Under the pieces are notes generated by a model. It did no database searches. It saw nothing but the letters and a program-made list of their open reading frames with translations, and was not told the origin of the DNA. Position numbers and translations under genes: made by a program. Below, one piece after another: positions 12,438 through 26,700 of a stretch of DNA of 64,000 nucleotides; the first letter of the stretch is position 1; the number at the start of each line of letters is the position of its first letter. The DNA is from Tubiluchus corallicola. Lineage: Eukaryota > Animalia > Priapulida. The DNA lies in contig JAQGDQ010000462.1 of assembly GCA_030141605.1 (NCBI GenBank), positions 1 to 64,000 of the forward strand, read 5' to 3'.

Positions 12438-13435
12438 ATGACATCGACACTAAAACTTTTAGAAAAAAATTGCAGGATTTTTGTGAATTTAAATCAAAAC
12501 AAAAACTTGTTTTGTAACAACACAACAATATTTTGCGTATCAGAAACTTTGCTTTTATTTTCTTCTACTTTTCTTTGTTTTCTGCTTTCCCTTCTTCTTT
12601 TTTCTCAGCATTTTTCTTCATTCTCACAACATTATTATTGTTGTGCTTTTTGTTTTTTAATGTCTCACAAATGCACCGGGCTAGGGTCACGAAACTTATT
12701 GGGCGCACTCCTAGGATAGGGGGACTTATGTGGGAGACTGTAAAGCTTCTATAATTCAGTGTTGACAAACCTTGTTAAGTAATTGTTCAACCACGTACAC
12801 GTCTCATGTGCCTTCATAGCATGATTTATTCAGTAGAATATCACGGATTTACCGTATCAAACACTTTTGACAAGTCGCAAAATACTCTGTAGTATAGAAC
12901 CTATACCATTTTTTGACAGTATGAATGATATTTTCTATGATTTCTGTTAGGTCATTTCTGTAGAACTGTTTTAGATTGTTTAAATTTTATTGGACATGTA
13001 ATAATTTAAATTACTATTGCAATGATTTGGAGATGTTATTAAAGGCGTATATGACGATGTTTGGTAATGTTTTATCCTAAAATAGTCTTTACTCCGATTA
13101 AATGACTCTCAAGTATTATGTGATTTTCTGTTATTGCACTAATAAAAATGCTTTGCCTGCCTGCAAATAGAGGCTCATTGTACTACTACTACTAATAATA
13201 ATATTAAAGATTTATCGTTATCATCATCGTAACTCTGTTATCAACATCTGCCTAACGGATTCTTGTACACGAGATTTGCACGAACGATCATAACCACTGC
13301 CAACAATTTACACAATTGCATTTTTCACAACCACATAAAGGCAGCTAAATTCGCATGAGTGTGAGAATTTTAACATTAGAAAGGCCGAATGTGGTTGGCT
13401 GGCTATAAGAAAAACTCGACTATTTGGTCACTGCT

Positions 13436-13510
13436 GATACGATGGCCTAGTGGCCTAAGATGTCCGCCTTGCAAGCAGAAGGTACCTGGTTTAATCTAGA
13501 CTACATACCA
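13436..13510 (+). pseudogene. Degenerate tRNA-Ala(TGC)-like sequence / tRNA-derived SINE head
   Basis: A-box TGGCCTAGTGG at 13443-13453, anticodon arm tccgc-CTTGCAA-gcaga, degenerate B-box ggtttaatct, 3' ACCA. The acceptor stem does not pair well. The right-arm counterpart (~15190-15218) lacks the 3' two-thirds. Confidence 0.5.
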
Positions 13511-14581
13511 ATTTTTTACACTTTTAATAAATTTATTACCTTAAGTGTTATACATAATTGAAGCTTTTCCTTCAAAAATGGCAAATTTTAGCACACTCTG
13601 AAAACTTTTAGGTGTCAAAACTAGAATATATACATTTTTGTATTTATTTTTATTATATTTCGTTATTTTAGACATACTTAAAAATTAAATGTGGATATAC
13701 GAAACATGTCACTGTTCCAATATTCTCAAACTATAATGTACTAATCGTCATATCAAAATCATCATTAATGCCATAGTCGTCTCAAATAGTCTTCACGTCT
13801 AAACATTTTATTCTCCCTTTTTATATTGTATCTTCAGCAGCTATTTGTGCACAGTAACGAAAATGTTGAGAAACTACTGAGTGACGCGTGCCTACATTTA
13901 AGTGCAATAATTTTTTAATTTACACTTTTTTATATCAAGAACCAAGAACCTTATTAATTTATTGTTGGTGATGATGGTGGAGTGATGCGTTCTTCAAGGC
14001 TTCACTAATCATAAAGTATAATAGTCATATGGCTCGAGAATTTTGTGAAATGTAGTAAAAAGCAAATGAAACACCGAACTGGCGGGGCATAATGATAACA
14101 AACAAGGTTTTTTGTCAAACAGCAAATATACGCGAAAATAAACAAATATATGAGTAAATATGTGTAAATAAGATATATCGGGTAGTACCGAAAAATGTGC
14201 CAAAGTTTAGAATACAATAATGTTGGAAGCAAATGATTTACAGAGCTGAAATTTCACAGCGTGATGTGACTTAATATGCTTCATCGTCAGCCATTTAATG
14301 ACATAATTATAAGAACAAAATTTGCCTTAAAAATCTGCGGAAATCTATAAAGGATGTTTCGAGTCACTTTGATTTTGATTTTTTATAATTATCTTCAGTC
14401 TCACTTCAGGCTCTTTTGAGAATGATAAGTTTCCGTTGACAATTATTTTATTTATTTTTAATGGGACCATAATAAATGTTTATAAAAATCCTACTTATAG
14501 ATTATTGCGCATATAATCGGAATAATTAGACTCGTGTGTTGAAGGAGACAAGACAATATTTTCCGCATAAGTATCAAACGG

Positions 14582-14582
<1 letters not shown>

Positions 14583-14658
<76 letters not shown>
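14583..14658. repeat. (TG)38 microsatellite in the spacer of the inverted duplication
   Basis: Perfect dinucleotide run. Confidence 0.97.
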
Positions 14659-14661
<3 letters not shown>

Positions 14662-16097
14662 ATCATATTTAAATTACTGCACAACATAATGGAGAATGCT
14701 TTAGAGCTTAAGAGTTTTTCAATGAAAATTTTACCTATCATCTTCAAAGTGTAGAATCGGGTGTTCGCCAAATGCTCGCTATGTAATTCAGGTACCACAT
14801 TTTAAAATTATGTTCCACGTAATTTAGTTTCTATACTTTTCCCAATATTTTCGTTACTGTGCGCAAATAGCAGCTGAAGCTACAATAAAAAGGAGAATAA
14901 AATGTTTAGATGTGACGACTATTTGAGACGACTATGGCATTAACGATGATTTTGATATGACGATTAGCACATTATTGTTTGAGAATATTGGAACAGTGAC
15001 ACGTTTCGTATATCCACATTTACTTTTCAAGTACGTCTAAAATAACGAAATATCATAAACATAAACACAAATATGTACATATTCTAGTTTTGACACCTAA
15101 AAGTTTTTAGAGTATGCTAAAATTTGCAATTGTGGAAGGAAAAACTTCAATTATGTACTGTATATTACTTAAGGTAATAAATCAAATTGGACATCTTAGG
15201 CCACCAGGCCAACGTATCAGAGTGACCAAATAGTCCTGTGTTTCTTATAGCCATCCAACCACATTCGGCCTTTCCAATGTTAATATTCTCACACTAGGGT
15301 GAATCTAGCTGCCTTTATGTGGTTGAGAAAAATGCGATTGTTTATATTGTTGTCAGTGGTTATGATCTTTTCTGCGAATCTCGTGTACAAGAATCCGTTA
15401 GGCTGTTTTTCAACAGCGTTACGATGATGAAAACGATAAATCTTTAATATTATATAAGTAGTACAATGAGCCTCTATTTGCAGGCAGACAAAGCATTTTT
15501 ATTAGTGCAATAACAGAAAATCACATAATACTTGAGAATCATTTAATCGGAGTAAAGCCCATTTTAGGATAAAATATTACCAAACATTGTCATATACGCC
15601 TTTAATAACATCTCCAAATCATTGCAATAGTAATTTAAATTATCATTTTTAACATGTCCATTAAAATTGAATCAATCTAAAACAGTTCTACAGAAAAGAC
15701 CTAACAGAAATCATAGAAAATATCATTCATACTGTCAAAAAATGATATTGGTTCTATACTATAGAGTATTTTGCGCAGAAACATATTCTATGTAGAACGT
15801 AAATTTTTTTACCACGTACATGCTAAATCTCATGTGCCTTCATAGTATGATTTATTCAGTAGAATAAACACTGGTAATTAGAGTGTCACAAAGATATTGC
15901 TTATTTCTTTTTGTTTAATTTTTAGCATTGATGATGGCATTATTTGCCAAAACGACCATCTGCAGTCAATAAAAACACATTGAATTCTAGAAGCTTTACA
16001 GTCTCATGCATAAGTCCCCCTATCCTGGGAGTGCGCCCTATAAGTTTCGTGACCCTAGCCTGGTGCGTTTGTGAGTTATTAAAAAAACAAAAAGCAC

Positions 16098-16147
<50 letters not shown>
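16098..16147. repeat. (AAT)n microsatellite
   Basis: Perfect trinucleotide run of ~16 units. Confidence 0.95.
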
Positions 16148-16871
16148 GGTAGAAGTGAAAACCGGAAGTCAAGTATATTTTGCTGTGTCCAAGTAAAGTA
16201 GCGTTTATACATTGTGACGCACCGAAATAAAGTAATATTTATGTCCGTAATGTATATTTCTGATAAGATTAGAGTGGATTCCAAGTAAAAATGTCTATGC
16301 CTGCTGTCAAAGAATGTGAGATAATATGTGTATTTCTGTTTGCCTGCTAGTGTTAGCACTTTTGTCTTAACCACTTCACTGCCATGCAACTTGTGTTTCA
16401 GCTGGCGCACATGAATATGTTAGTAAAATGAAAAGTTGCTACTGTTATAGGTGCTGCAATATTATTATAGTATGGTTGTTACTACATCAATAGTAACTTC
16501 TATTGTTACTATTGCCGTTGCTGCCATCATAGCTGTTGTGACCCCCTCTCACCACCACCACTGCTAATGCCACTGCCACCGCTGCCGCCATTCCACTGCC
16601 ACCTGTGTCTGATACTACCAGTGTCATTGTTGCTACCATGTATTAGCAAACTTGTGAGAATGAAGAAGATTGCTGAGAAAAAAATATTGAATTTTTTTCT
16701 AAAAGTATTAGTGTCGATGTCATTGTCATCGTCATCATCATCATCATCATCATCATCATATCATCATCGTCATCATATAGTGTGTGAAAATGATTTACTA
16801 CTAGCGGGAAAATACAGAATCGCTGTTTTTTTCTCATTCCATTGCTGATAGGGGTATGTAGCTGGTTTTCT

Positions 16872-19294
16872 TTAGAAAGATTCAGACACGTTATGTAAAT
16901 TATTGGCTTCTAAAATCTCCTTGCTGCTCATTGGCACCTTAGTAGCTTCCGTGCTGTTCGCAGGCACAGATGACATTCCTGCATTGTGAGAAGCTTCTTC
17001 TGAAACGAAACAATGAAAGAGACCATGAGTCTTAAAGGCTTTTGAAGACAAAAGAACACCAGCTAATGACGATGGCGTTAAATTTGCATAACTTTAAAGG
17101 GTTAAACAAAAAATTACTGTTCTGTGAGTATAAACGCTATTTTTCGCAAATTTTGAATGTTATCATTTCAATGCTGAAACTTCCAGATGGGAATTGAAAA
17201 TATGGACTTTATTATATCGTTTCACCACCTAATCAAACTAACTCCTTTTAATTAGATCACGAACCTCTTAAAATCTTCATCATGACAGACAAATTTGTAC
17301 ATCGAGATACGAGACGATGTTGCAATGAGGGTCGCCAATCATTGTTTTATTTTAGTCGTAAAAAAGATCAGATAGCTTGGAATGATATGTAAATAAGTTT
17401 ACATATGTGAGTCAAAATATGAACGGTACTTTCAAAAATGTGTCATACATACACCTTTATATAACATTAAATTGTAAAAAACTTAGTATTGACATGAGCA
17501 GGAATAACAGCATCTAATCAGACCTAAAAATTCGTAGCTTATCACACCTACATTTACCTGATTTCAACGCAATTTATGTATCACTGTGTGTAATTGCCTT
17601 AAGTAACATTTTTATAAGCAAAAATATATGCAGCAAACTGTACAAGCCCTCTAGATGCATTTCATTATTAGCATGCCATCTTCTCTTAGCTCACTTCATT
17701 CATTTCATTTTTCAGCTGAAGTCATCTAAACATTCAACTGTCATCTGCTTCTATGGGTTGTTCTACGAGCTTTAGAATTTAATCTTGCTTGGTCTGTTTG
17801 CTTGTTTTGTTTGCTTGGTTTGTTTACTTGTTTGGACGTTTTTGTTACATCCAAATATTATGTTATATTAGTTAGGTTCGCTAGAATAACACATTTTATT
17901 TTAAAAACAACATACAGTTAATGAGAAAACGCATTTGCAATCTCATATATTTTTCTGTAATTTTTAACTAGTATAAAATTTTCACTCTTAGGAGAGCTTA
18001 TTTTTGGCAAGCTCATATCACTGTGACTTGAGAAAGGTACGTAAAACATGTTTAAAAAAATCATTTTGTTCTTAGCCGCTTAAGCTATTGTGGAGATTTT
18101 TGAAATGCTAATATTACTGTTGACCTCGAGGTACCTAAAGTGCGTTTCGTGGCTTTCGGGAAAAATAGTATTATATTGATAAACTTGCTAGAATACTCAC
18201 GTCCAGAACTGCTCTTCTTGTTGTTGGAAGAACAAACAACCACCATGGTAGGAACGATAATGATAAGAGCAAGTAATCCAAATACAACACCGAGTATTGC
18301 AACAAGCTTTATATCAGACTCACCTGAAAATCGTAAAATTTTTATTTGCTTTTGGGAGCGACCATTGCATGTTAGCAATAGTAACAATAGCAGCAACAAT
18401 GCCAGCAATAACTTTTTCAACAATAGCAGCAACAGTGCCTGCAATAACTGCTTCAACAACAGCAGCTACAGTGCCAGCAATAACTGTTTCATCAATAGCA
18501 GCAACAGTGCCTGCAATAGCTGTTTCAACAGTAGCAGCAACAGTGCCAGCAATAGTTGTTTCACCAATAGCAGCAATAGTGCCAGCAATAACTGTTTCAA
18601 CAAAAGCAGCAACAGTGCCAGCAATAACTGTTTCAACGATAGCAGCAACAGTGCCTGTAATAACTGCTTCAACAATAGCAGCAACAGTGCCAGCAATAAC
18701 TGTTTCAACAACAGCAGCAACAGTGCCAGCAATAACTGTTTCAACAATAGCAGCAACAGAGCCAGCAATAACTGTTTCAACAACAGCAGCAACAGTGCCA
18801 GCAATAACGGTTTCAACAATAGCAGCAACAGTGCCTGCAATAACTGCTTCAACAATATCAGCAACAGTGCCAGCAATAACTGTTTTAAAAATAGCAGCAA
18901 CAGTGCATGCAATAACTGTTTCAACAATATCAGCTCAGCACATGTGAAGGTGAGAGCGTAAAGCAATCAAAAATTTGTATTAATAAATTAAATGTGTTTT
19001 AGCAGCATATCTGCTATGATTATTCGTAGTTTCTTTTAACTTATATTACTCATCTCAACAGGACATAACACTGCACTGTTCAAGAATCATCGGTGCTTGG
19101 ATTTTCTGTTATTAGATTCAGATGAAGTAATAAAGTAGTTAGTCATAGAGACGAAGCTAGCTTTACAAAATAATTTTGTACCAAATTCTATCTGCTAGAA
19201 ATTTACACAGGAAATTTAGCCAAACGGAAAAACATATGACCTTTAGCTACCAGCAGAAGTATGGCTTGTACCAGCTTGCACCAAATTTTATGAT

Positions 19295-19344
<50 letters not shown>

Positions 19345-20754
19345 TATTGCCTTTGTTGTTATTGTTGTTGTTGTTGCTGTTATGCGACGTTCAGGCTACG
19401 GGTAATGCAGGTTATGTAACTAGATGCTTTAGCTGCAAAACCGCATAATTTTATCACTAGCGAATGTCAATTTTCATAAAAATGTTAAAGTTATAGATGA
19501 TGATATAACACTGGAGGTGTCTAGTTGTGCGGACGTTCTCATGTCATAAAACGATGTCAGCATTTTTACAACATAGGAAAAAAGACAATGCTAAATTTGA
19601 GGCAGGAAAAATGCCGCAGAAAAAATGGCAAACCTAGACAAATATGGGTTTAGGGTTAGAGTTACTATGGGGACAATTATTTTAATCAATTTTTCCTGTG
19701 CCAAAGTAGTTAGGTTTCACAATTCCATTGTTTTGTTGGCTGTTTTTTGTAAAATTTTATGATGTTAGTTTTACGCTGCATTAATTCAACTTTTAGTTGT
19801 GTAGTCTGAAATAAACTTTGACACCAATGAGTAGTAATTTTGAGGAATTTTTTTTAGTTTAAATTTCAATGAGTCTAAATTTTGGCATACCTTCAATGAT
19901 TTCTACCCTACAGTTTTTATCCACATGACCGATGTTGTTAGCTACCTTGAAGACAACATCAAGAATTTCTCCATCTTCCAGATCTTGTGCTTTGATGTAA
20001 ATCTTGGCTTCAAAACATTCCTCGTAGGCATGATTGCTTGTAGTTGGTTCCAAGTAACTTTGATATTCATCAAAGTAATAACTGTAGCCGACATCATAGT
20101 GTGTAACTGTCACTGTATCGTGGGCTGTTGCAGTTATTGTCCAAGTTGCACTCTCAAACTTCGGATAGGAACAGAAAACAGGAGATTGTAGGAAGCCAGT
20201 ATTTCTTTCCTCTATCTCGGTGTTGCATGCGGGATCAGTCATATAATGGGGTTTTGCTGTAATGTAATGTACATTAACAGAAATGGATAATGTTTGCAGT
20301 AGTACAGCTGGGTCCTGCTTGCTCTACGTCAATTCATTTGACTTTGTCAAGTGTTGTGATAGTCGATACAGGGTCTCACCCCATCTACCTTAACTAGACT
20401 AGATAATAGCAACTAATCTTCATTAAAGAAACTGAACAGGCCTGTTTTTAAATAAAATATGATTTAAATAATGCCTTCATCATATGCCTTCTTCTTTTAA
20501 CATTCATGCCCATCTAACAAAACATTGCTTTAACTTCACTGTCAACAGAATATTACACAATCCTTTCCCTCTTACAAATATTGTAACTAAAATGGCGGAT
20601 AACTCTGTTTTCTTCTACTTACCGACTATTTTTACTTCTACTTCTTCAGTGTATGTATAATCTAAAATAATCACAGATAAAAAATTAAAATCTACATTAA
20701 TTAAAAAATTAATTAGAAATCTTAAATCTCTATAATCTCAAATCATCACAAAAA

Positions 20755-20799
<45 letters not shown>

Positions 20800-23700
20800 G
20801 GGCAAAATTTCCAGAATTTAAATATAAGCAGAATTTAATATCTAAATGAGGTGAGAAAACGTGAGCTATATGTTTTCACTTTAATGCATTTATTGAAAAA
20901 TTTGACAAAATGTTTTATTCAGGAGAAAAGTTAATGGAACAAAGCTCGTTTACAACAGGGTACTGATTAAATTAAGATATGAAATGAACCAGCTGCTGAA
21001 ATAACACTGCGTGCAAGTAGCGGAGCAGACATCCGCTGAGCAGACATGGAACAAGTAGTCTCACTCATACTCTGTCACTTGTAAAGTACGTTATTTTCAG
21101 CAGCCACATAATTTTGAAACATTGTAACAGTATTGCACGTTCATGTTTACATGCTACTAATTGTCAGCTACATCGAAAATGCTCTGAGAAGAATGAGACA
21201 TCTATACATACATTGTCACATATAGAGGTACACATACAAACAACACAAGGTATATATGAAAAAATGTACCAGAATAGCACAAAATTAGAGAAATTAAAAC
21301 AGGCGTTTACTTAAAATATTAAAGCAAGGCTGCAGGCAATGTTTTTGAAGCTTAAACACTATTTTGCAAAAAGAACTATCAAAAACAAAACGCCACAAAC
21401 GAAAATAGTTGAAGTTCAAGAACTGAAAATGATTTAAAGAAAGGGCTAAAAATTGAAATACTTCTAATTTGTATCATTCCAGTTTTCTAAATGTCAGTTC
21501 GATGAATTCTAAAGCTTCTAAACTTATTTCAGAGAAGGTCATCATAATATTGCATACATCTGCACATATAAAGCAGACAGTCTATTTAAAAGTTTGTGTG
21601 ATATATGTTAATTGCCGTGTTAATTGCAGAACTGATTGTGGACGAATTTTAGGATTATTTTTAATAGGCTTACTAACATAGATAATAGCCAGTAGAATGG
21701 TTGTTAATATCAATACTCTAATAATGATTACCTTGGGTAGGGTCTCCTCTGCAACCACATTTATAGAATCCGTCTCGCATAGCAACATCTATTTCACTGA
21801 CCTTTATACTATGATTTCCACTTCTGAGACGATCTTCCTCTACTTCAATTAAGTATTCAATGTAGTCAGTTTCTTCTACAATAATGTCAGCTTCATTTCG
21901 ATTCCAAATGCAGGAATACTCTTCACTGTTGCTGATGAATGCATCAGATACCACACATTCTAATATAGCACTTCCTCCACTAACTACGTCTGCATTTTGT
22001 GGTTCATCGTAAAAAATTGTAACATCCAAGAATTTAATTTCAATTTCAAAACCAGCAGCTGTTACCATAACGTCAGTTGTGAAGTGAAGGAACATTGCTT
22101 GTCCAGAAGACTGGTAATCTGGTGGAAGATTGTAGCCACAGAGTCTAGCTATCATGGACATCGCATTGTTGTCACTATCATCATAGATGTAAAGTACATC
22201 GTAAGCACAGTTAGTATGGTACTCAACAGCAAACGACTTGAAGGATATGGATACTGTCTGCAAATATAAGAACAAGAATTCGTGCAGCAGAAAGTAATTA
22301 TAAAGCAAGTATTAGTCATGTAAATTTCTACTGTATTTTAAAATTGTGGATTAAAATTCAGTTTATAACAAGTATACCAAATAAAGTTATCCTATTATGA
22401 AATTCAGAAGCCACCTACGTATAGAGTTGTGTGACAAGTCAAACTAAGATACCGTAAATATGGACTTATTTTGATGTTGACCATAAGAAGATATTTAGAA
22501 CTTAGCACATCCAGGCAGTTAGTCATTATGCAAGCTCCTACAAGTTTGTCATAAAATTCAACTTGAACGTTGTTCTCCGTTACTTTTCTCAAAAATTAGG
22601 CGTCATCGTTATTCAAGAGCATATATCATTTGCTTGATAATGATAATATCAGTTGCATGCATCTACACGTGGTACAGTTGTTTATTAACATCAATATGAG
22701 ACTATTTTGCGGAATTATTATACGAACAATTATATATAGTCTTCAGATGCCCTATATTATGATCACAAAAAATTACAAAGAAGCACTAATAACTATTACA
22801 GACTAGTTACCTTTCCCATTGGAGCAGTGATGCGCCATCTACAGTTAACATAATTAAAGTAATTCTGTTGAGTATATCCAGGATGTGATATGAGAAGACG
22901 TTCTTCTGTTATGTCAAAGACCTCACCCAGGCAACCAGCAGCTGTTAAATTATAATCCTGTACGTGTTATTGTATATTTCTGTTCATAAATATGACAAAT
23001 GTCTCTCAATAATGAGTGATTACATAGTTTATAACAAAAAAGAGTAAAATGGATGCTAATAAATTCTAAAATCAATATTCATGCAGTGCAGTAAGGCTAT
23101 TGGCAGGATGGGTGATTACAAATTCTAAAATCTAGACAACACATGCAGTCCAACAAGGCTTTTAGCATACTTTTCCAAATGCAATTTAATTAAAGTCAAT
23201 TGAATGTTTAACAGTGCATTATGTCCAGTTTAAATTTTCCAGTTTTCTGGTACAGTGCATTCATTGACGATCAAATAGGACTGCATGGTCCGTACATATC
23301 AGCGAAGTCAGTCAGTCAGTCTTTTCTGCTGTCTGGCAGTTTGCTCTCCAGTCTGTTTGTCTGTCTATCATTCCTTCTATCAGATTGGCCATCGGTTTGT
23401 TGGCCTCCCATCTATCCATCCATGAAGTGTGCCTTACATTTTCTTACGCTGTCTTGTACGTTGCGCTGGTCTGTCAAATTATAATAAAAATTAAAGCCAT
23501 TTATTTACCAATTACGTTTACAAATTACATTAGAAGCGAAGATTGTGAGGCTAAATCAAACTTTGATATTATATTATCGCCAGTTATTCAAGTAATGCCA
23601 CAGTGTCATTTAAAATTGATTTTTTCGATACAGTAGCAAAGCTACGTACCAAAAGCTCTTACTTCTCCTTCTTCTGAATATGTGTAAACTGCAAAAAACA

Positions 23701-26700
23701 TTCACGCCTTTTAATAATGCTATGTCGATTATCTCAAAACTTGTTTGGGTCTGTGAGAAATCGTGTCTTTTTTAGATATAAGCAAAATAAAAAATCCGCA
23801 AAATAAATTTCACTTGAGTGTAAGAAAAAAAGCAAGATATAATGCCAAATGGAGTTTATGTTCTTTTACCTTGATGTAAATCAACTCTGCATCCACATTT
23901 ATAGATCCCATCTCTCTGATAATAATCTATATCACTGACTAGAACACTGTGATTTCCACTTCCCAAGCGATCATCTTCCAAATCAACAAGGTATTCAATA
24001 TTTTCCATTTCGTCTACTGGGATTACTTCATTGTTGTGCGTCCAGATACAAGAATAATTCGTGTAGCAGGAATGCTTCAGAAAGGTCTCTGTCATTGTAC
24101 ATTCCAGCATTACATTATCTTTACTTATAACATCTGCATTTTTAGGCTGTTTTTCAAAAAGTTCATGATTTTCAGGCGGAAGAGGTTTACTAGAAGTGAA
24201 AGTGATTTCTAACTCAAAACCTCTAAAAGGTACAGTGTTATCTGTTGTGAAATGCAGGAATAGTTGCTGACATGATACGTAATCAGGTGGAATATCGAAA
24301 CCGCACAGTGTGGCCAGTAATGGTGATGACGTATCATTGCCACTGTAAACGTAGAGAGCATCGGAGGCACAACTGGAATGGGGCTCAACCGCAAAGGCAT
24401 TGAAGGAAATGCGTGCAAACTAAAGTAATTAAAACACAAGCAAATTAGTACCGCCTGTCGTACGAGTCCCTGCAATACCTTTAGAGCGTTCACGCCTATA
24501 AATCATATAGAATTGAAAAGAAATGAATTACACTGTAAATGATAGGACGCTAACCTGAAATTTTACATAATAACAATTACATGGCTTGGTGCAAAAAGGG
24601 ATTATGTCAATTTTCCATTTTTTGAGAAACTGCTCATCAGCAATAGTTCTATAGCTACCAATACAGTGCTTTAATAGACAATATTTGTTTACGAATAAAA
24701 TTAATAATCATTATTTTATTATTTATTTTCAAATTTTGTAAGAAATGACATAATTATGCCTTTTATACCATTTCGAGAGTGTACTCGGCAATGATTAGCT
24801 ATGCATATAAGTCAGTGTCATGCGTGTTCAATCACAGTTTTATGTTCTGGATTTTTTGAAAAATGTACCGGTCTTCTGTACTTATCCAGCCTTTCGGCAA
24901 AAAGAAATAACTATTACAAGGCCCCCCTTTCGGCCACACTATCCAATAAATAAATTGGCTTCATAAACTATCTTCATCGTCAGAAATAATACTATCACAA
25001 ATTTTAATATAAGAGTAGTTTCCTGGACATTTCGACCATTTGCGGCCCGATATCTTTCATTTGGAGCTCACTTTTGTCATTAATGTCACTTAAAAGGGGA
25101 ATATCACCAAAATTAAGTTGGGCTTGAATAACTCATGATTATATGGCGAATAGAAATACGTACCTCATTCTTCACGAAAATTTCATGTTTGAGAATCCTT
25201 GGCAAAAGTTCGGATAAAACTGTACACAAAACGAACAATTGACTTGGCTGCCATTGAGCATGTATCTGCGCCTGCACCTCTGGTGACGAGATTCGTGACA
25301 TACATCGCTGACATACAGCTAATATGTTATAGTCTATGTGTCCATGGGGTTCACATATTTTTTGTCAAGGCTGATGAAATGAAGCTGTCACTAAAAATTG
25401 TCACACTAGCATTATAGTTATGCTTCAGTGAGTTTCAAAGAAGGCGTGAGCAATTACTCTGGTGGAGTAGCCTTGTATATAAAAGAAAATATTGCCAGTA
25501 ACATGTTGTACTTATCAGATGCAAGCGATTCAGATTTAGATGTTGTATGGGTTATCTTAAACACGCCACATACTAAAATTTTAATAGGATCTGTATATAT
25601 AAAACCAAATTCACCTGAACAAATGAGAAAATGGTTATTAATGTAGAAGAAAGCAGCTTCTTTCGGCAGTAAACACGGTATATACAGTATTGCGGCTATA
25701 GGCGATCTAAACGCCCATAATATTCTCTGGGATAGGATTGACAATGAACAGGGCATACAACTTCACAACTTCTTAAATCAGGCCAAGGGTGTCCACGTCA
25801 TTATTACGCCAAACGAACCCTGCAACTGGTTCTAGTACAATTGATGTTATATTAGCTACGCAAAACTTTTCTGCCCAACTTTGTCAGCAATATGTAGAGA
25901 AAGATACAGAGTTCTTTTCGGGAGCACCCCAAATGGGACACTTTGCTGTTATGAACAAAATTAAATGTAAATTATCGGAAAATGATAAAGTAGTTCGTTG
26001 TGTGTACGATTTTAACAATAGTGATTGGTAAAGATGGTCAGGTGTTTTGAAACGTAAAGTAAGAGAACAATTTCATGAACTAAATCAACTTATTTAGGCC
26101 AAAGATGTTCAGAGTGCTTGGGTACAGCTCCGAAAGATCATAGAAAATGCAAACGAAGAAGCACTAAATAAGAAAATGATAACAAAATTTAGCCAACCTT
26201 TCTGGTCTAGTCAATTAACAAAATTAAATAATAAAGTGAGGCTTTGCAGGAGAAATTACCTGCAGATGTCCAATTACGAAAACAAGCAATCTTATGTGGA
26301 AGCCACGTCAGAGTTTAGTGACGCGCTGCATTTAGAAATGAATAAGTGGATTGACGAAAATTCCGAAAATTTAAATGCAGCACAAGGCAAGGAGTTCTGG
26401 AAAACGTATAACGCGTTTTTGAAACTAAATTCAGTAACGAAATAGAAAGCCTAAAAGTTTTGGGTAAAGATTACGTAAGTGATGATGACAAAAGTAAACT
26501 CATGTACAAAACATTTTTTAGTGGAGAACATATAAATCCCAATTCATTTGATAATGCATGGTTTGAAGAAATCGAGGAAATTGTTGACCAACAAATTGAT
26601 CAACCAATAGTTGTGAAGCATACATGGCTTAATGATAGGTTTAACATGAGGGAACTAAATAATGCGATAAAAAGTGTTAAAACAAATAACAAGAGCATAG

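Noticed and set aside
12343-12719. Poly-Met, poly-Ser, poly-Tyr, (VC)n and (TH)n ORFs (also 14536-14798, 15940-16410, 16567-16848)
   Set aside because: Microsatellite translations.
13436-13510. Functional tRNA-Ala gene
   Set aside because: The B-box and acceptor stem are degenerate and the mirror copy is largely deleted; kept only as a relic.
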